Source of the DNA: Lytechinus pictus
Taxonomy: Eukaryota
Length of the DNA stretch: 64,000 nucleotides
Reading direction: 5' to 3'
Assembly: GCF_037042905.1 (NCBI RefSeq)
Contig: NC_087251.1
Coordinates: forward strand, 12,030,001-12,094,000
Position numbers and translations under genes: made by a program. The notes below the pieces were generated by a model that made no database searches, was not told the DNA's origin, and saw only the letters and a program-made list of their open reading frames with translations. Positions 24,141 to 38,815 of the stretch are shown piece after piece. Position 1 is the stretch's first letter. The number at the start of each line of letters is the position of its first letter.

Positions 24141-27100
24141 CCCTGCTCCACGATTGCTTGATAAGGTAAGATGATACAAATTTTACACTTTTTTGGGGGG
24201 TTGTCTATTTCAGTATTCCAAGAACAGAAGTATCAGAAATTCACACAGCCACTTTTGTGATGGCTCAGTTGAGTTTAATTTCAAGTATAGTATAACTACC
24301 CTTACTAGGAAATTTTATTAAATTTGAAAAATATACCAGTTGTAAAAACTGTCAAGAGATTTTTGTCCCTTTTAAATATATTGTGTCAGAAAATTCAATG
24401 TAATTTGTTTCCAAAAACAGCACATTGTTTTCTAATGGTACACCCAGTCTTTGACAATCAGTATCTAAAAATACAAATTTGTGCCTTATGAAAGCTTTGT
24501 CAGAATTATCATTCAAGGAAACAAAATGAACTTATCGTCTCTACCTCTTTTTGCCTCACATAGCTATAGACTAATGCAGACCTATATACCTAAGCACCTC
24601 AAATTCATAAAATGCTTTATATATTAACTTGGCTTGAGGAAACATTCTAGGATCTATCCTTGTTGTGCAGTGTGACATCCAACGTTTTGTTGGTTTGTTA
24701 CACTGCCTCTGTACACCTCACCTAGCCATAGAATAAAACAGAGGTACATAGTACCAGTGTTATGAAGTGACTTCATTGTTACCAAACATCCACTGGCCTC
24801 CGAACCCTTAAACATTCAGCTATTCTCCATTTGTTTTTGTTGTTAGCATTTTATATGTCACCTTTGAATAGACCTTTAAGTCAAGGATAAAATTCCATTC
24901 ATTTTAATCTAGTAACAATTATTCATTTCTTTATGAAAATCAATTTGATAAATAACTGCAGAAAATTGATGCACGAAAGTTCATAATTTCTCACAGTTAG
25001 TTTTTAGAAAACAAAATGGTTTACAATAAAGCTGGAAAATATTTGTTACTGCCAGTCCCTGAAAAGCTATTTCTATAGAAAATTTTGAAAAGCTGCATCT
25101 ACATGATTTTACATTTTTAAGGTAGTATTTTTATAAAAAATAAAGTTCTAACAACCATTTTGTTTCATCACTGGTATTTAATTTTTGTTTGCCATTTTGA
25201 AATGGCATTTGTTTACTTCAATACCATTTTAAATTTCAATACCACTTATTTTTATTTAATATATTACGTAAATAGATCATAGATGGAGAGAACAGAACTG
25301 ACTGGAGCTAACCCAGAAATGCATTCTGGAGATCTTGGAATGGCTATTATCTTGGAGAAGTTCAATGCAGATAATCTCGATAATGCAGAGGAACAATTGA
25401 AAGGTTATGTTGTCATTTAAATGCCTATTTGAAATGTGTAAATAACTTCATGATTCGACTTACTAGTGCTACATATGATCTGTTTTGAGGTGAGGTAATG
25501 AGTATCTTATCTAGTGGATAAACTTTGTGTAATAGTGTACTGCCTTTTGCATTTATTTGGATATTACATGCATGTACATTGTGATGGCACAGTGAATAAA
25601 TGTACTTTATGAATCAAATGTATATTGTAAATGTATTTTTTTAGTTTTATCTGTAATTTGTCTTTATAACTACCCACCTAGTACATGTAGTATCTTCTTA
25701 TTGAAGCCATTTGGCAGTGTGTTCTACTTATGTTCACTAAAAGGATCTTTAAATTATATTGTAAGTGTAATATCTCTACCCATTCACATTTTCCTTGAAG
25801 ATGTTATTTTTCTTTTTTCCCTTCAGATAGATCTAAAATCATACATACTTGCATAGAATTATTTTCGCTGAGAATTATTTGTTCCATGCATACTCAATGC
25901 AGTTTCGGTGCTTGTTATGTTGTAGACATGAAAGTTCTGTATAAATGTACATGTATTATTAGGTAAGCTTTTCTGTGATTAATTGATTTCATGGCAGTAT
26001 AAAGAATCAAGAATGTGTACATTATTATCATTGTCAACACCAAGCACATTTTTGTAGCATGTTTGTGCTTGCAAAGTACATGCTACTTTATAGTCATATC
26101 TACTCATTCATTGTGTCTTCAGTTTCTAGTGTACATTGTCTTGCTTGTAGAGTTGAAACTCCAACCTTGAAATTTTCTCTGTATAAATACAAAATATTGA
26201 CAAACTCATGAAAGATATCAATTTGAATTACTGCTTAGTTTCTAAATTATGTCCACCAAATTCTTTTAACCTGTTAGTTTATTTTGTTTATTATAAAAAT
26301 CAATGTTTTGATACTGTTTCATTGACTTTGAAATGAACAAAGCCCATACAGATGAATGATTAAGAGATATCAGGCAAATGGTATATTTTGTTCTCTTTGC
26401 TTGACTTGCAAAGGAAGGAGGTCATTTATTATGATTGTCATTTGAAATTGTTTCATAATCTTTCATCCGACAACTGAGAATTCTTAAATGATTGCTCATA
26501 CATAAAGTCACAACTGTCACTATGGTGACTGCTGGTCAGTGCTGGATATTTACAACTTTTCAGTGCCAAAAACTTACATGCAACGGTCTCCAGGTAATGA
26601 GGATAAGAGCTGAACCAAAGGCACTTTCACAATAACATAGATGGAGAGCAAGGTCACTGGATTACTGCTGTGCCATATGCTGTTAAACCTTCAGGAAGTG
26701 TGTGCTTGGTTGTCATCTCACCGTTTGCTTCTTGTTCAAAAGATTACCTTTTGGTCACAGCTGTCAAGGCAATCCTGGATGAATAGGCCGAAGCATAGTT
26801 ATACAAAAATGTTGGGATTGTTCTACCCTATTGATGATATGTGCTTGATATTTCAACAACCAGAGAAGCATCTGCTCAGTCCTTTCTGGGAGACTTGGTA
26901 AAGGAGGTTGGGTCAATCTGGGACATCCATAATATGAGACTCAATGTATTGATATTGAAGCAACAATTTTGTTTTCTCTCTCTCATTAAGGAGGTGTATT
27001 TTTCGTTATTACTGTTTAAATATTCGTCCATAGGTGATCATAAGTTTGCACAATAGAAATATTAAAAATATGTATAGATAGAAACAATAATCATGGATAC

Positions 27101-30100
27101 ATACATGTTGAGAATAGTTAATACATGTAAGTTTCCACTTTGCAAATTACTCGATTTATAAACAGATTTTTATTGCATCATGCACAAAAAGTAAGAAAGG
27201 TGTATTTAGAAATAATTTGTATTGAACAATCTTGATTTGTTGCTCTCAGTATAAGGGATATTTACCTCAATTTAATTAAATACTGCACATCATCATTTTT
27301 CAGATAGAAATTCATTTTGCGTTGTGCTTGCAATAATTGCACGGACAGTTCAAACACTAGTAGGGTGACTAGTGATATTTTTATTATTGTAAAATGTAGA
27401 TTTGATTCTGGTTCTGAGTTCTTTTATATTTTGTGTTAGGATTGATTAAACCCTTCTTTTTTTTCAAATTCAATTATGTAAAATAAAATTCTTTGTAAAG
27501 TTATGTAACCAACGAATTGCATGGGATTTGGAAGATTCCTTTTCTTCTACTCTTATTTTTTCCTGTTTGCTTGAGCACTACCGTACTTCATGTTCTGGAT
27601 TTTAACTGTTTAATACATTTTCGAGCAAAATGCAAGTTAAAGGGAAAGTGTGAATGATTGGTTATTCAGAAGAGAAAGACAAGGAAATTAGAGAAGGGAG
27701 GAGATATGAAGAGTGAGAAGGGGAGGGGAAGAGAGTGAGAATAAACAGAACTTTCTTGAGATGATCTGAAGTACCCTTGAAACTGACCTTTGTATGGGGG
27801 TGCAGGAATCGTATTTGCAATTGATTTTAAATATGAAATAAGAATTTGTCTTGTACCATATCAATATTTACTTTCTGTTACAATGAGCAGACCAGTAATT
27901 GAAAATTCTCAATTGATTGCAGGGCTTTGATTGATTTTTAGTGCATTGTGTTCAGTTTACTATTAGGTCTATGTATGTTAAATGGTGTTTTTTTTTTTTT
28001 ATTACCGACAGCTTTGTAGGTAACATACAAGTAACATAGTAACATAGGTAGTTGCATACTGATTTCAAGTTTTTGTGGTTTGATTATGCATAAAATATGT
28101 ATAGGTTTTCCTTATGTAATACTTGTACCCACAATCTATTTTTTACCACAGGAGATATGAATATAAATACAATGACCATAAAAATATAGAGTTAGAGTTT
28201 AACATATTTTGAACCCCTATTCATAGTATGTTTAAAACACTAATTGGTATTGGACATTTTCATCAGAATTTATTAGATGTACATGTATCATCACCAGCTT
28301 CCAGGAAAATATATTTCAGCAATGAGGATACCAAATGTCTTTTGCAACTCTTCGTCAAAGGATGAGTCAGACTGCTTATAGTACAAAATCAAATTTTCAG
28401 TTTGTATGAAATGAAGAGTCTAAAGTGGAATAGCTATTCAATCAGTGTTGCATTATTGGATTTGATTTGATAGCAGTTGTAGATGGTCTACAACTGCCAC
28501 CAGCGATCACCCAAGTAGAAAGACCACCATTACTATTATTGTCAAATTCTGTCCCCTATCTCGTTATTGAAGAGTGGGATAGGAGAAAAAATTTGACAAC
28601 TATAAAAAAAAATGAAATACAGCCACTAGAAGTGGTGATTACTGATTAAATTTATTTCTTCATTTATTATTATTATTTTTTTTTTTTTTGGGGGGGGGTC
28701 TTCCAACGAGAATCTTTGGTGATGCGGAGATGTTTTCCTGATGAGGTTGGAACAGTTGACTTAAAAGTTGTTGCCGTATGCTAGATTTAAAGTTTATTAC
28801 ATTATCTTTTTTTCATTGGTAATAATGCCATGATAATCGCTGATAATTCTTAGACCTAACATTCATTTTAAGAAAATGAGATTTAAAAATCTGAGCTTTC
28901 ACTTGAATAATTTATACTGGTAGTTATTAGCACTGTCATAGCGGAAATATCCAATTAAGTACAATCATATTAATTCATATTAGAAAAAGTATTATGAACT
29001 ATTTTCAAAAACTTTGTTGTCTTGACTGGATGCTAGCAAAGTTGAATTCATTTTGCATACAGTTCCATACTTTTACAAGTATTGTACATGTATCTTGTGC
29101 GGAAAGCTAATGGACATATTAGATCCTGATTTTAATTGACATGCATTTTTATTATCACTTCAAACTTCAAAGTCTCTACTAACCCAGTTGTATTTATCAT
29201 TGGCATCTCATGTTCAACTGAGCAGTGGTAGTTTTGCCTACCTTATGAAGAGAAGGTCATGGATTCCATCTCTGACCATATGAAAGACCTGCCTTTTTTC
29301 CCTAGGGCTCGCTGTGTTGGATTGGAGAAGGATAATATTTTATGCAAGGCCGACTGCATGATCAGCTGGTACAACCTGTTTGGCTATTCTGGGTATAAAC
29401 AGAGATCTAATAAATCTGTGCCTAAGGGTTCCCTATATCACACCGTACACGTATATAAATGTATGTATTTATCAATGCCTGGGTGCATTTTTACAGGTGT
29501 TTCTATACATACATTCATACGAAATCAATCAGGGAATTTCAAGAAAGTCATGGAAAATATTTCATTTCTTGATGACAATTTGCTTGTGAAACGAGTCGTG
29601 TTATAGTTAGCAATTTTGCATGCAGGGTTGCCTTGCATCAGTTGCATGCCAGTGAGCTAATTAATACGGTAACTCAATCAGCTTGCTTGTTATATCATGA
29701 TATGAATAATTGTTGTACATGAATATTAAGTTTGCCACCACCAAAAAAGGAGTGGGGGTTGATCTGCTCTAAAAAAAATTGAAAGTTGAATTTTTATCAA
29801 AGGGGAAAGCGTACTAAACCGTTGATAGATAAAACTTTCAATGTTTGTTGTATCTTCAGAGAATACCTATATTAAGAGGTAATCATCTATTTCTAAAGAC
29901 TTCACTTCTCTTTTCTTGTGATATACAATGGGTCTTGAACCTCGATTATATTGGCTTCTTGACATCCTCTCCAAGATCATATATGAGGCTGACTAGATGT
30001 AGATTTTTTTGATTTTTTTTTGAGGGGCTGGGGCGATTGTGGAAAGAAGGGTATTTCCTACGAGTTCTGTCTCTGTTGTACCTGGAAATATACTGACAGT

Positions 30101-32873
30101 ATGATCATATTAAAATCTGCCTTTTGTATACTGTATCAACCAAGTTTTTGTATAAAAAGGTAAGTTTTCAAGCTTAAAGCTTGTGTTGTATAATTTGATC
30201 ACCTCTTCAGCATTGGTGGGTAATATTTTGTAGGAATTGGTGATCCATTAAGTGTTAGATTATGTCCTGAAGTTGTGTCATAATGTCTTATTGATTGCAT
30301 CCTTGTATATAATGTATTTTTCAAGATATGAAAAAGTCCTTTTCCCTGGAATAGGAGTGTAAATACTTGTTTCAATATTCATCTAAACATATAATCATAT
30401 TGAAAATGTTGAAATTTGTACCATGCATTTATATGTTTACCCAACAGTAACCATTGTCCCTGAGGTTTGTTTGCAAAGAAGACTGAGTGATCATCCACGA
30501 TCATTGGGTATGTGATTTATATGTCCATATCCTGTCATATTTATGGGAATCTATTCAAAAGTCTGCTGATTCATGACGAAAGCGATGGTCTGTTAACTCA
30601 AGTTCAGGTTGTCCTATCTCGAGACTGATATCGAAGAAAGGATCGTCATATTGCAAGTTGAACTAATGTCAGATTATATGATGGTCCACAGAATTTTGAA
30701 GCTGATTTCAAAAGAAAACACTCATTGAGTACTACATGCACATATGCATCAATTCTATTGAATGTCATCGCTGTTTTTCTGTTAATCTTGAATAATTCAT
30801 TTGGGATGGGGGGGGGGGGGTAAGATAAATACATGGTATACAGATTGTGATAAAATAGAGACAATTCTGATGGTTGTGGCCTCATAGAGAATTTACATTT
30901 ATGTGTATTGTAAATTTTTCTGTTCCAACTTTCCATCTCTGATTTTCCTTCTCTCTGGTTCATCTCCCCTGATATCCCTCCCCTCTCCTCGTTCCTCCCC
31001 AACATCCCTCATCCTTTAATTTCTCCCCTCCCCCCTACTTACTCCTCAATATCCTTCTCTACTTAATCCTCAGTACCCTTCTCTGTTCTTCCCCAATTTA
31101 ATTTAGGAGTCGTGAATAACAATCATTAGTGCAGGAAATGCACATGAATATTAGTGTGTGCCAATACTTTCAACAGAGATGCCACTGTTCAAACAGACGT
31201 AGCAATTCCTTTTTTTTACCAACAATTTTCAACCATAGAAAATATCCTTTTGTGCCTGAAAGTGCCCATTCAAGATGATTTTTCCTTCATGTTTATCAAT
31301 TTTTAGTGACGTCTCTGTTGTTTTAGCCATTTCCTTTTCCAATAAAAGATTCTTGTATTTTGGGAACTTTTATTTATTATACATGGCTTTGTAGCCATAT
31401 GTGCTGTACATGAAAAGCATATTTGCATTAAATTGAATGTACATAATAAAACATTTCATATTGTGTAGTCTAGCATTTGTAAATTGTTCTCAGTTAGAGT
31501 ATCAGAGCAGTGATAGTATCCCCCATGCATGATTTATATAAATTGATTTGAATAAACTGGGGTAATTTAAGTCGTGTAGTGCAAAGTTGGCACTGTTTGA
31601 TGAAGATGCACCGTTTTCAGTGTACGCACTAAATCAAGGACACTGGATTCACAAATATGCATAAACCATGGTCTTTCACAATCATCTTCAAAAGTAGATT
31701 TGAGCCACAGATGATGGAGAAATAGAAGTAGAGGAAGAACGAAAGAGCATGTTGTAATTTGTGATGGATTACTTGAGTGAACGGGAAACTGAAGGAAAGA
31801 GCTTTGAATAAGTGCAAATTTAGATTTCCAATAAATGGTGAAATTAATATCGGAGAATATTTTCCATTATATAAGAATTGCAAAGTATTCACCTTGCATT
31901 GAAATACATGTATGTTTAGTAATAAAGAATTGATATCTTTATCTTGAGTTGGTGAACTGGAAACCCAAGTTTCTGTTGCAATTTCAAAGGAGACGGGCCC
32001 AGTTTCATGAAAAGAATTTTGCAAGGATTGTTGTTTGTATTGCCAATTAATGAGATGAGGCACCTTTTGCATAGATTTTCTGAAAAGAATTTAAGCACAA
32101 AGTGGTTTCACAATGAAATTATATTGTGTATATAGTTTATTGGGATTATTTGACAACTTAATTGTAAACCTAATCGTGATAATTTTGTGAAAAATATATT
32201 TACAAATACCGTCATGCAAATTATAAATCAAAGATTTAACTAAATTGAAATAACTATGTCCGAACGAAATATGTGAAGTAGGAAAATATGAATTGATTTA
32301 CAAAATGGTGCCTCATGAAGTTGTCTTGCCTTGTAAAGATACTTTAATGAAAATGGGCCAAGAGAGTTAGGCGGGTGATGATCTTGAAGGTTGTGAAATA
32401 CGAGTGGGATGTCTAGAATGAACAGAGGTACCCGAGAAAGAGTTGAACTTCACACAGCTTTCCAGGGGACCATTGCTTAAAAGAGAGGCAAGAAAAGTCA
32501 AGGGATCCGTTTTATAAAGACTTTAATATGATAATGACAAATGCTTAATTTCTAAACCAATTTCACTACTGGCCAATCGGACACTGTATTGCAAATTTGT
32601 TATTGAAATTGTTATTGTTGAAATTGGGCCCCAGAATGCACACTTGTGATAAGAGGGAAACAATTTGATATGAGCTGTCTGTGAAAGTCTTTCTGCAATG
32701 GGCCCATGATGCTGTGACACTTATATATGAATGATTATGCAGATATGTTATTAAATTCCACCTGGGAGTTTGGAGAGAAACGCCTTTTGGTTTTCAAGGC
32801 ACTTTTTTTCTTCTTTCAATTCAATAACCCCCAATACATACCTGTAAAACAATTGAAAGTTTGAGTGGCATAC

Positions 32874-33055
32874 CAGGCACAGATCCAGTGGTGGGGGGGA
32901 GGGGGGAGTTGCAGGAACCCCCTTTAAAATGGAGTGGCAACTTTTCTGGAGACCAATGCCTTTTTTAAAGCAATTATTTTTTCTTTTTTTGGGGGGTGGG
33001 GGCTTGTCATATAATCAGGACAAAATACAATCTGGCAATCCTGGATCCGTGCCTG
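32874..33055. mobile_element. hAT-like MITE, same TIR family as 4304-8938
   Basis: CAGGCACAGATCCAG ... CTGGATCCGTGCCTG; TSD not preserved. Confidence 0.6.
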
Positions 33056-33549
33056 TGTACAGCTAAAGAACATGTGCTAATAATTAAGGAATTGCGAATA
33101 AACTTATTTTATTCTTCCAAAAGTGGCCAAAGCATGATCACATTCTAATGTATTACTCAATGGATAAGATATTGCAGTAAATATTACATTTAAATAAATA
33201 CGATAGAAGAATACAATAGCACAAGTCTTTCACAACTTTCTATTTCCAACAGAAGGCTGAATCTGCACAATTATGAAGGGGGCATCATCACTGGGGGTAT
33301 ATTTTGTTCTTAAATCCAATGGTAATCCTGTCCAAACCAGTCATCTATCTTGACTATTCTGTTGGATAAAGTGTATTGGCATCCATTTTTTTCACTGAAT
33401 AATTTGACCTGAACTTTGAAACAAGGTTTTTCCTTCCACCTCAGCGGCATTATGCTTCATATGTTTAATTCATCCATTTGCGCATAACATTCCATTATAT
33501 GGCTCGTAGAAAATCTTTTATTTCTCCTTTTGTACCACCACCAGATCTG

Positions 33550-33702
33550 GGCCCATTTCATAAGGGACTTGCAACTGTTGTTACTTTGCCATAATGGCAA
33601 CTACCATGGTAACATGGCTCAGCTGTCAATCAGAATTAAGGTTTCCATGGTAGTTGCCATAATGGCAAAGTTACCATAGTTTAACTCTTTATGAAACGGG
33701 CT
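33550..33702. mobile_element. Palindromic MITE (PIF/Harbinger-like, 3-bp CTG flanks)
   Basis: GGCCCATTTCATAA...TTATGAAACGGGCT; internal IR CTTTGCCATAATGGCAACTACCATGG. Confidence 0.6.
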
Positions 33703-34133
33703 CTGTTGTACAGATTCATTGTATGAGCTTTACTTGTTCCGATGATGTGCGTTGTACTGTATAGGGAACACAAAATCTAATTAACAAACATTCATTTATC
33801 TAAAAAAAACTAAATGAAAAAGGTATTTTAAAAAAATAAAGATTTTCAAATTAATTCATATAATTGTTACAAAACTCATAGAATAATACTGATCTAGCCC
33901 CCTCCCCTTCACCAAAGTCAATATCACTTCCTGGTGGGGGGCTTCCTGGTGGTGGGGGGGGGGGGTGTGTACAGATAAGTCTTCAAATGTGTGTTGTTTT
34001 TTATACAGGTATGTATTGAAACTGATAGGTTGTCAAACTCTATTTAATATTTCATTACATTTCAATTTTTCCTCGTGGCTAATCTGTAGGAGCAAGGAAG
34101 GAACACAGGAAGCAATCATTCACTCTTATTTAA

Positions 34134-34734
34134 AGGTCAAGTCCACCCCAGAAAATTGTTGATTTGAATCGATAAAAAAAAATCAAACAAACATAACGCT
34201 GCAAATTTCATCGAAATCGGATGTAAAATAAGAAAGTTATGACATTTTTTAAGTTTCGCTTATTTTTCACAAAACAGTTAAATGCACAACTCAGTGATAT
34301 GCACATGAGAGAGTCGATGATGTCCATCACTCACTATTTTTGTTTTTTATTGTTTGAATAATACAATATATCAATTTTTACAGATTTGACAAGAAGGACC
34401 AACTTATTACTTAATCATAAACTGTTAAAACAATGGTAATTCCACATGTTCAGGGAGAAATGAAACTTTGTTTCTATTGACGAGGAGAAAATTAGAATAT
34501 TTCATATATCATATAATAAAATGCAAAAGAAATAGTGAGTGGGTGACGTCATCAGTCTGCCGATTTGCATACCGACCAGGATGTGCATATAACTGTTTTG
34601 TGAAATTAAGCGAAACTTTAAAATGTCATAACTTTCTTATTTTACATCTGATTTTGATGAAATTTTCAGTGTTTTGCTTGTTGGATTTTTCTCCTTTTTT
34701 TCAAATCAACTTTTTGTTGGGGTGGACTTGTCCT
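34134..34734. mobile_element. Kolobok-type MITE
   Basis: TTAA|AGGTCAAGTCCACCCCA ... TGGGGTGGACTTGTCCT|TTAA; long imperfect TIRs. Confidence 0.8.
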
Positions 34735-35924
34735 TTAAGCAACCAACTAAAAGGATTCTTTTAATTCTTGGACTGTGTTGAATTCAACTTCTACAGTTGT
34801 AAATTTTCACCATATTACTTGAAATATCAAGAAAGACAGTGGATAGTTGCACAATAACAAAAAACATCTCATTCTTCCAATAAAAATACATCTATTATCC
34901 TTATCTACATACAACCCTGCATTAGTTGATTGTAATGGCGTCAATTTTAATAGACGCAAGTTTGACTTGATATTTCATAAAAGAAGATTATATCCAACTT
35001 CTGCAAGTTTGATTCAACTTTCGCAAAGTTCAGCTATAATTTAATCAAGGATCCTTACATAATTCACTTACCATGGGAAAAAAAAGGATGCTAATGCAAG
35101 TTGCCATGTGATTAGCATTTGACACAGAATTGCAATGCTATATGGGGACAAGTCTTTCTAATCTGGTGATATGCCAACATGTGTGCATACAGAAAAAGTT
35201 TACTGATATACCCTATTTAAATCGAGAACTAGGCTACGGTTCAACAGATAAACAAAATAATAATGCAATATTCAGTAAAGCTTGCATTAAAGTGCCAGGA
35301 ATTAAAAAAATAACTTTTTGAATAAATTGTTAGGTACATCATAATAATATCATAAAACATCAGAAATGAAATATGGTATAATTGGGATGGCTGAAGTGAG
35401 ATCTAGAAAGCTTGACATACAAATATTAAATATCTATCATGTCAACTACTTACATGTCTAATTCCCATATGAATAGTATAGATTTTATATTAAGTACCCC
35501 TGTGAAATTGTTAAGCTCTCTCAGGAACGATAATAAATGTAAAATTCCAGATTATAATATATTATATACTCTAACTTACAGAAGGTTGACTTAGGCAGAA
35601 ATACCTGTTATTCAAACCTTTCCCCATAAAACATAAGTAATATTGTTATGGATTAGCAGAATTTTTAAAGGAAACACACATGCAGATTTTTCTTAAACCA
35701 GAATCCTTACATAATACTATTTAATCAAAAGAATCATAACAGTTGGCATCTCCGCATTTCTCATGTAACCCATAGTGTAAACACTATTACAGAGGATAGC
35801 AGTGTTTAAAGGCAGCCAGTCCTACTGAACTTTCAAGATGGGATGGGAGGTCATTTTAGTTTGTGCTGGATGTCAACACATCTTCCCATCTTGTTCTAAG
35901 TAACTTCACAGCATGACTGAGGAC

Positions 35925-38815
35925 CACGTACGTGCAGTCGCCGCTGGCTAACGTCAGCTTAATGGACGACGCCATATTGCCAGATTCAGGCAGATTTGGC
36001 CCGCGCCCTCACCGGCTAACGCTCGAACGCCATTCACCCATACACTAATTCCCCTTGACTACCGTTGTTAAAAACCTCTGTCAAATCTTTTCCAGCATTT
36101 TTATGAATTAGCGATTTATGTTTTTCCGTTTATCAAATGTCCTTCATTATACACATATTTTTTTCATATTTATAACATTTTTATTTTAATCACAATTTCA
36201 GTCCAAACGCGGGTCAGTTTTTGTTAACCCACGTTGTTTGTGCATGCCCACGTATAGCCTTACGCGTATTGAAAGGAATGATGTTGGGTCGAAAAACAGA
36301 ATTGTTATTGTTTGTTCCTTGTTTGTTGGGGATGAAACTATGATGGCGACCAGTCACGTTTGACTGTACCGCCAAATAGTTAAGATTAATTAATTAAGGT
36401 CAAGGTGAGATAAGAGAAATGAGCAAGGGGCATTGTGGTGGGGGGGGGGGAGGGACAGAGAGAGAGGGGGGGGTTACGAGGGCCGAGTGGGGAAAACAGT
36501 TTCATCATGCAGTACAGGGCGTCGATGAACACTTTTATTTTTTTCTCCAAAATATGGAAAGTGACAGAATAATCAGAAAAAGGTTGATTGGTTCTGATTT
36601 TGAAAAAAAAACAGAATTTATCAAGATTGCTGTTATTCTTCATGGTTGTAGAATTTAATTTAGTTTCTCTGATAAGTATAATTCTTTCAAACAACTCAAA
36701 TTTTTATTAATCGTATTTCATTTATTTCACTCTTTTCTTTCGCCTCGTTTTTTTTTCTTCCAAAAAATCAGGGAGCTGAAAAATATGAGAGCTAGAACCT
36801 AAAGATATGGGGTAGCTATGACGTTGGAGGGGGCGCAGCCTCATGCACTTGCAGATCCAAATCAATTTTCATAGGGGACACTTAGAGTAGCCCCTATTTC
36901 TTTAATATTATTTTTACAAGCAAAAAGAAGTCAATGAAGACATCAGGCCACCGACAGCTGCCTCGTCAAAGGGGGGGGGGGGCGGTCGATTATTTTGAGT
37001 ATTTTTTTTCATTTTGTCCTCAATAGGGGGGGGGGGGTTCAATTAATTCTATATACACTTCTATTGTCTTTATATATGGGGGGGGGGTCTGCTACTGAGC
37101 ATGTTTTTAAAAGGGCTTAATAAGGGGCTTAATACAACAGAAATTGTACGATTTAACACAATAAAATGTATCATCGAGGTTAATACTAAATTAATACATA
37201 ATTAATAATTGTTTTAATTGAAATTGAAAATAATAAAGGCACCCATAGATCTTAACATCTCATAAATACAGGCCTAAACCTGTATTGGAAGTTGAACAGG
37301 CATAAAGTATAAATGTTTAGCTATAGCTGATGCTTTGATCCCGCAACCAAATAATGTTATCATAAACTAGTAGATGTTATATCAGTCATGTCAGCGGCGT
37401 AACAAGTGAAAATAATTGAGGGTACTACGATATGGCGTATCGATCAGGCAAAATTTATAAAATATATAGTTGCAAGCAAGCGACATAAGCATAATTTTGA
37501 CTTTTGGTTACAAAAATCCAATTGAACAATTTCGCAAGATTCTCTTACCTTTTCCTTTTTTTTTCTTGTTCGTGAATTGGGGGCATGCAAGAACCCCCCC
37601 CCCCCCATACAGCACCACTCTTTGTTGTCACTGTCTAAAATTTGATTTAAACTTTGAGAATTTGAATTTCTTATCTAAGTAATCCAAAGGGATAAGACAA
37701 AAATATTTGCAGATTACTTATTTCAAAGTATTGTTATACCTATAACTCCCCAACTCTGCTCTAGACTAGCTGCACTGCACGTTGCCTAACGGCCTTCCAC
37801 CAAAGGGCCAGGCCGACTCGCCCCGTGAGCAAGTGACCGCGTTCGCGTAAGTTCACCCGAAGCCATGACTAAATTCTGACCATAAACATCACCTAACTAA
37901 TCACTCTCTGACAATATTTCAAAGTATCTTTTATTACAGTCGATCCTTCGGGCCATTAAACGATAATATTTCCAATGTTATCATGACAAACAATTTTAAT
38001 GAGATAGTGGCATTGTAGAAAAAACAAATTTATAAGCACGAAATGGCACCAGATAAATCATCAAACATACAGCGCAGCGTTCGGGACTGGTGAGTGGTAC
38101 GGCTCGCTTGGAGTTTTCGCCCCGACGAATTCGGCGAAAACGCTACCATTGCGCCGTGCGAATGTTCAATCTGCGGCTCTCAATCAGAGACTTGAATGTC
38201 TCTTTTTGCATTATCGAAAATGTATCATAGACTTTGTTTGATTTGTTTACAAGTAAGTTGCATATCCGTCGTGATAATTAGGAAAATCCATGATGTCTTC
38301 TTCTAATTCTGTAAAAATTACCTCTTCAAAGTGCCTGTGTCAGAAAATTGCCGGAAATCGTAAAAACTTGCCTAAAATGTCTCTTTTTGAAAGTTCATCC
38401 ATGGTCTGGAAAAAAATGTTATAATTTATGTAGACGTATACCGTAAACAAATACATCCTCGATCACTGAAATGAAGTGTTTGCTAAGCTTTTATATCTCA
38501 GACCGCGTTACCATGGCAACTTGGGAAAACCTTTATTTTTTAGTAATAAAATTCTGGTTTTAAGGGTCATTTTAGAGACATAAAACTAACCATATTTTGA
38601 AGTATTGGGTTTAAATTTCACATAAAACTGAATTATCTATGTTTATACTTTCGTATATGAATATTCATATTTCTTATAGAATCTTAGTTTTTGATTGGTC
38701 AATGTTTCAGTCATGGATAATGACTGAGCGTTAAAAAATCTGAAAATGCGCATTTTATCGGCAACCAACAAGCAAGATGGCGGAACACATTAAGTTGGCG
38801 CTATGCACGTACGTG
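35925..38815. mobile_element. CAC-ended non-autonomous DNA transposon with 4-bp TSD (Chapaev/CMC-like)
   Basis: GGAC|CACGTACGTGCA ... TGCACGTACGTG|GGAC; a second TIR block is 23/32 identical. Confidence 0.75.

Noticed and set aside
25300..33500. Short ORFs between the converging genes
   Set aside because: No domains or coherent splice chain. Probably UTR or intergenic; polyA sites cannot be fixed from sequence alone.
35925..38815. ProtoRAG/Transib assignment
   Set aside because: The TSD is 4 bp, not 5, and no RAG1/RAG2-like coding sequence was recognised.
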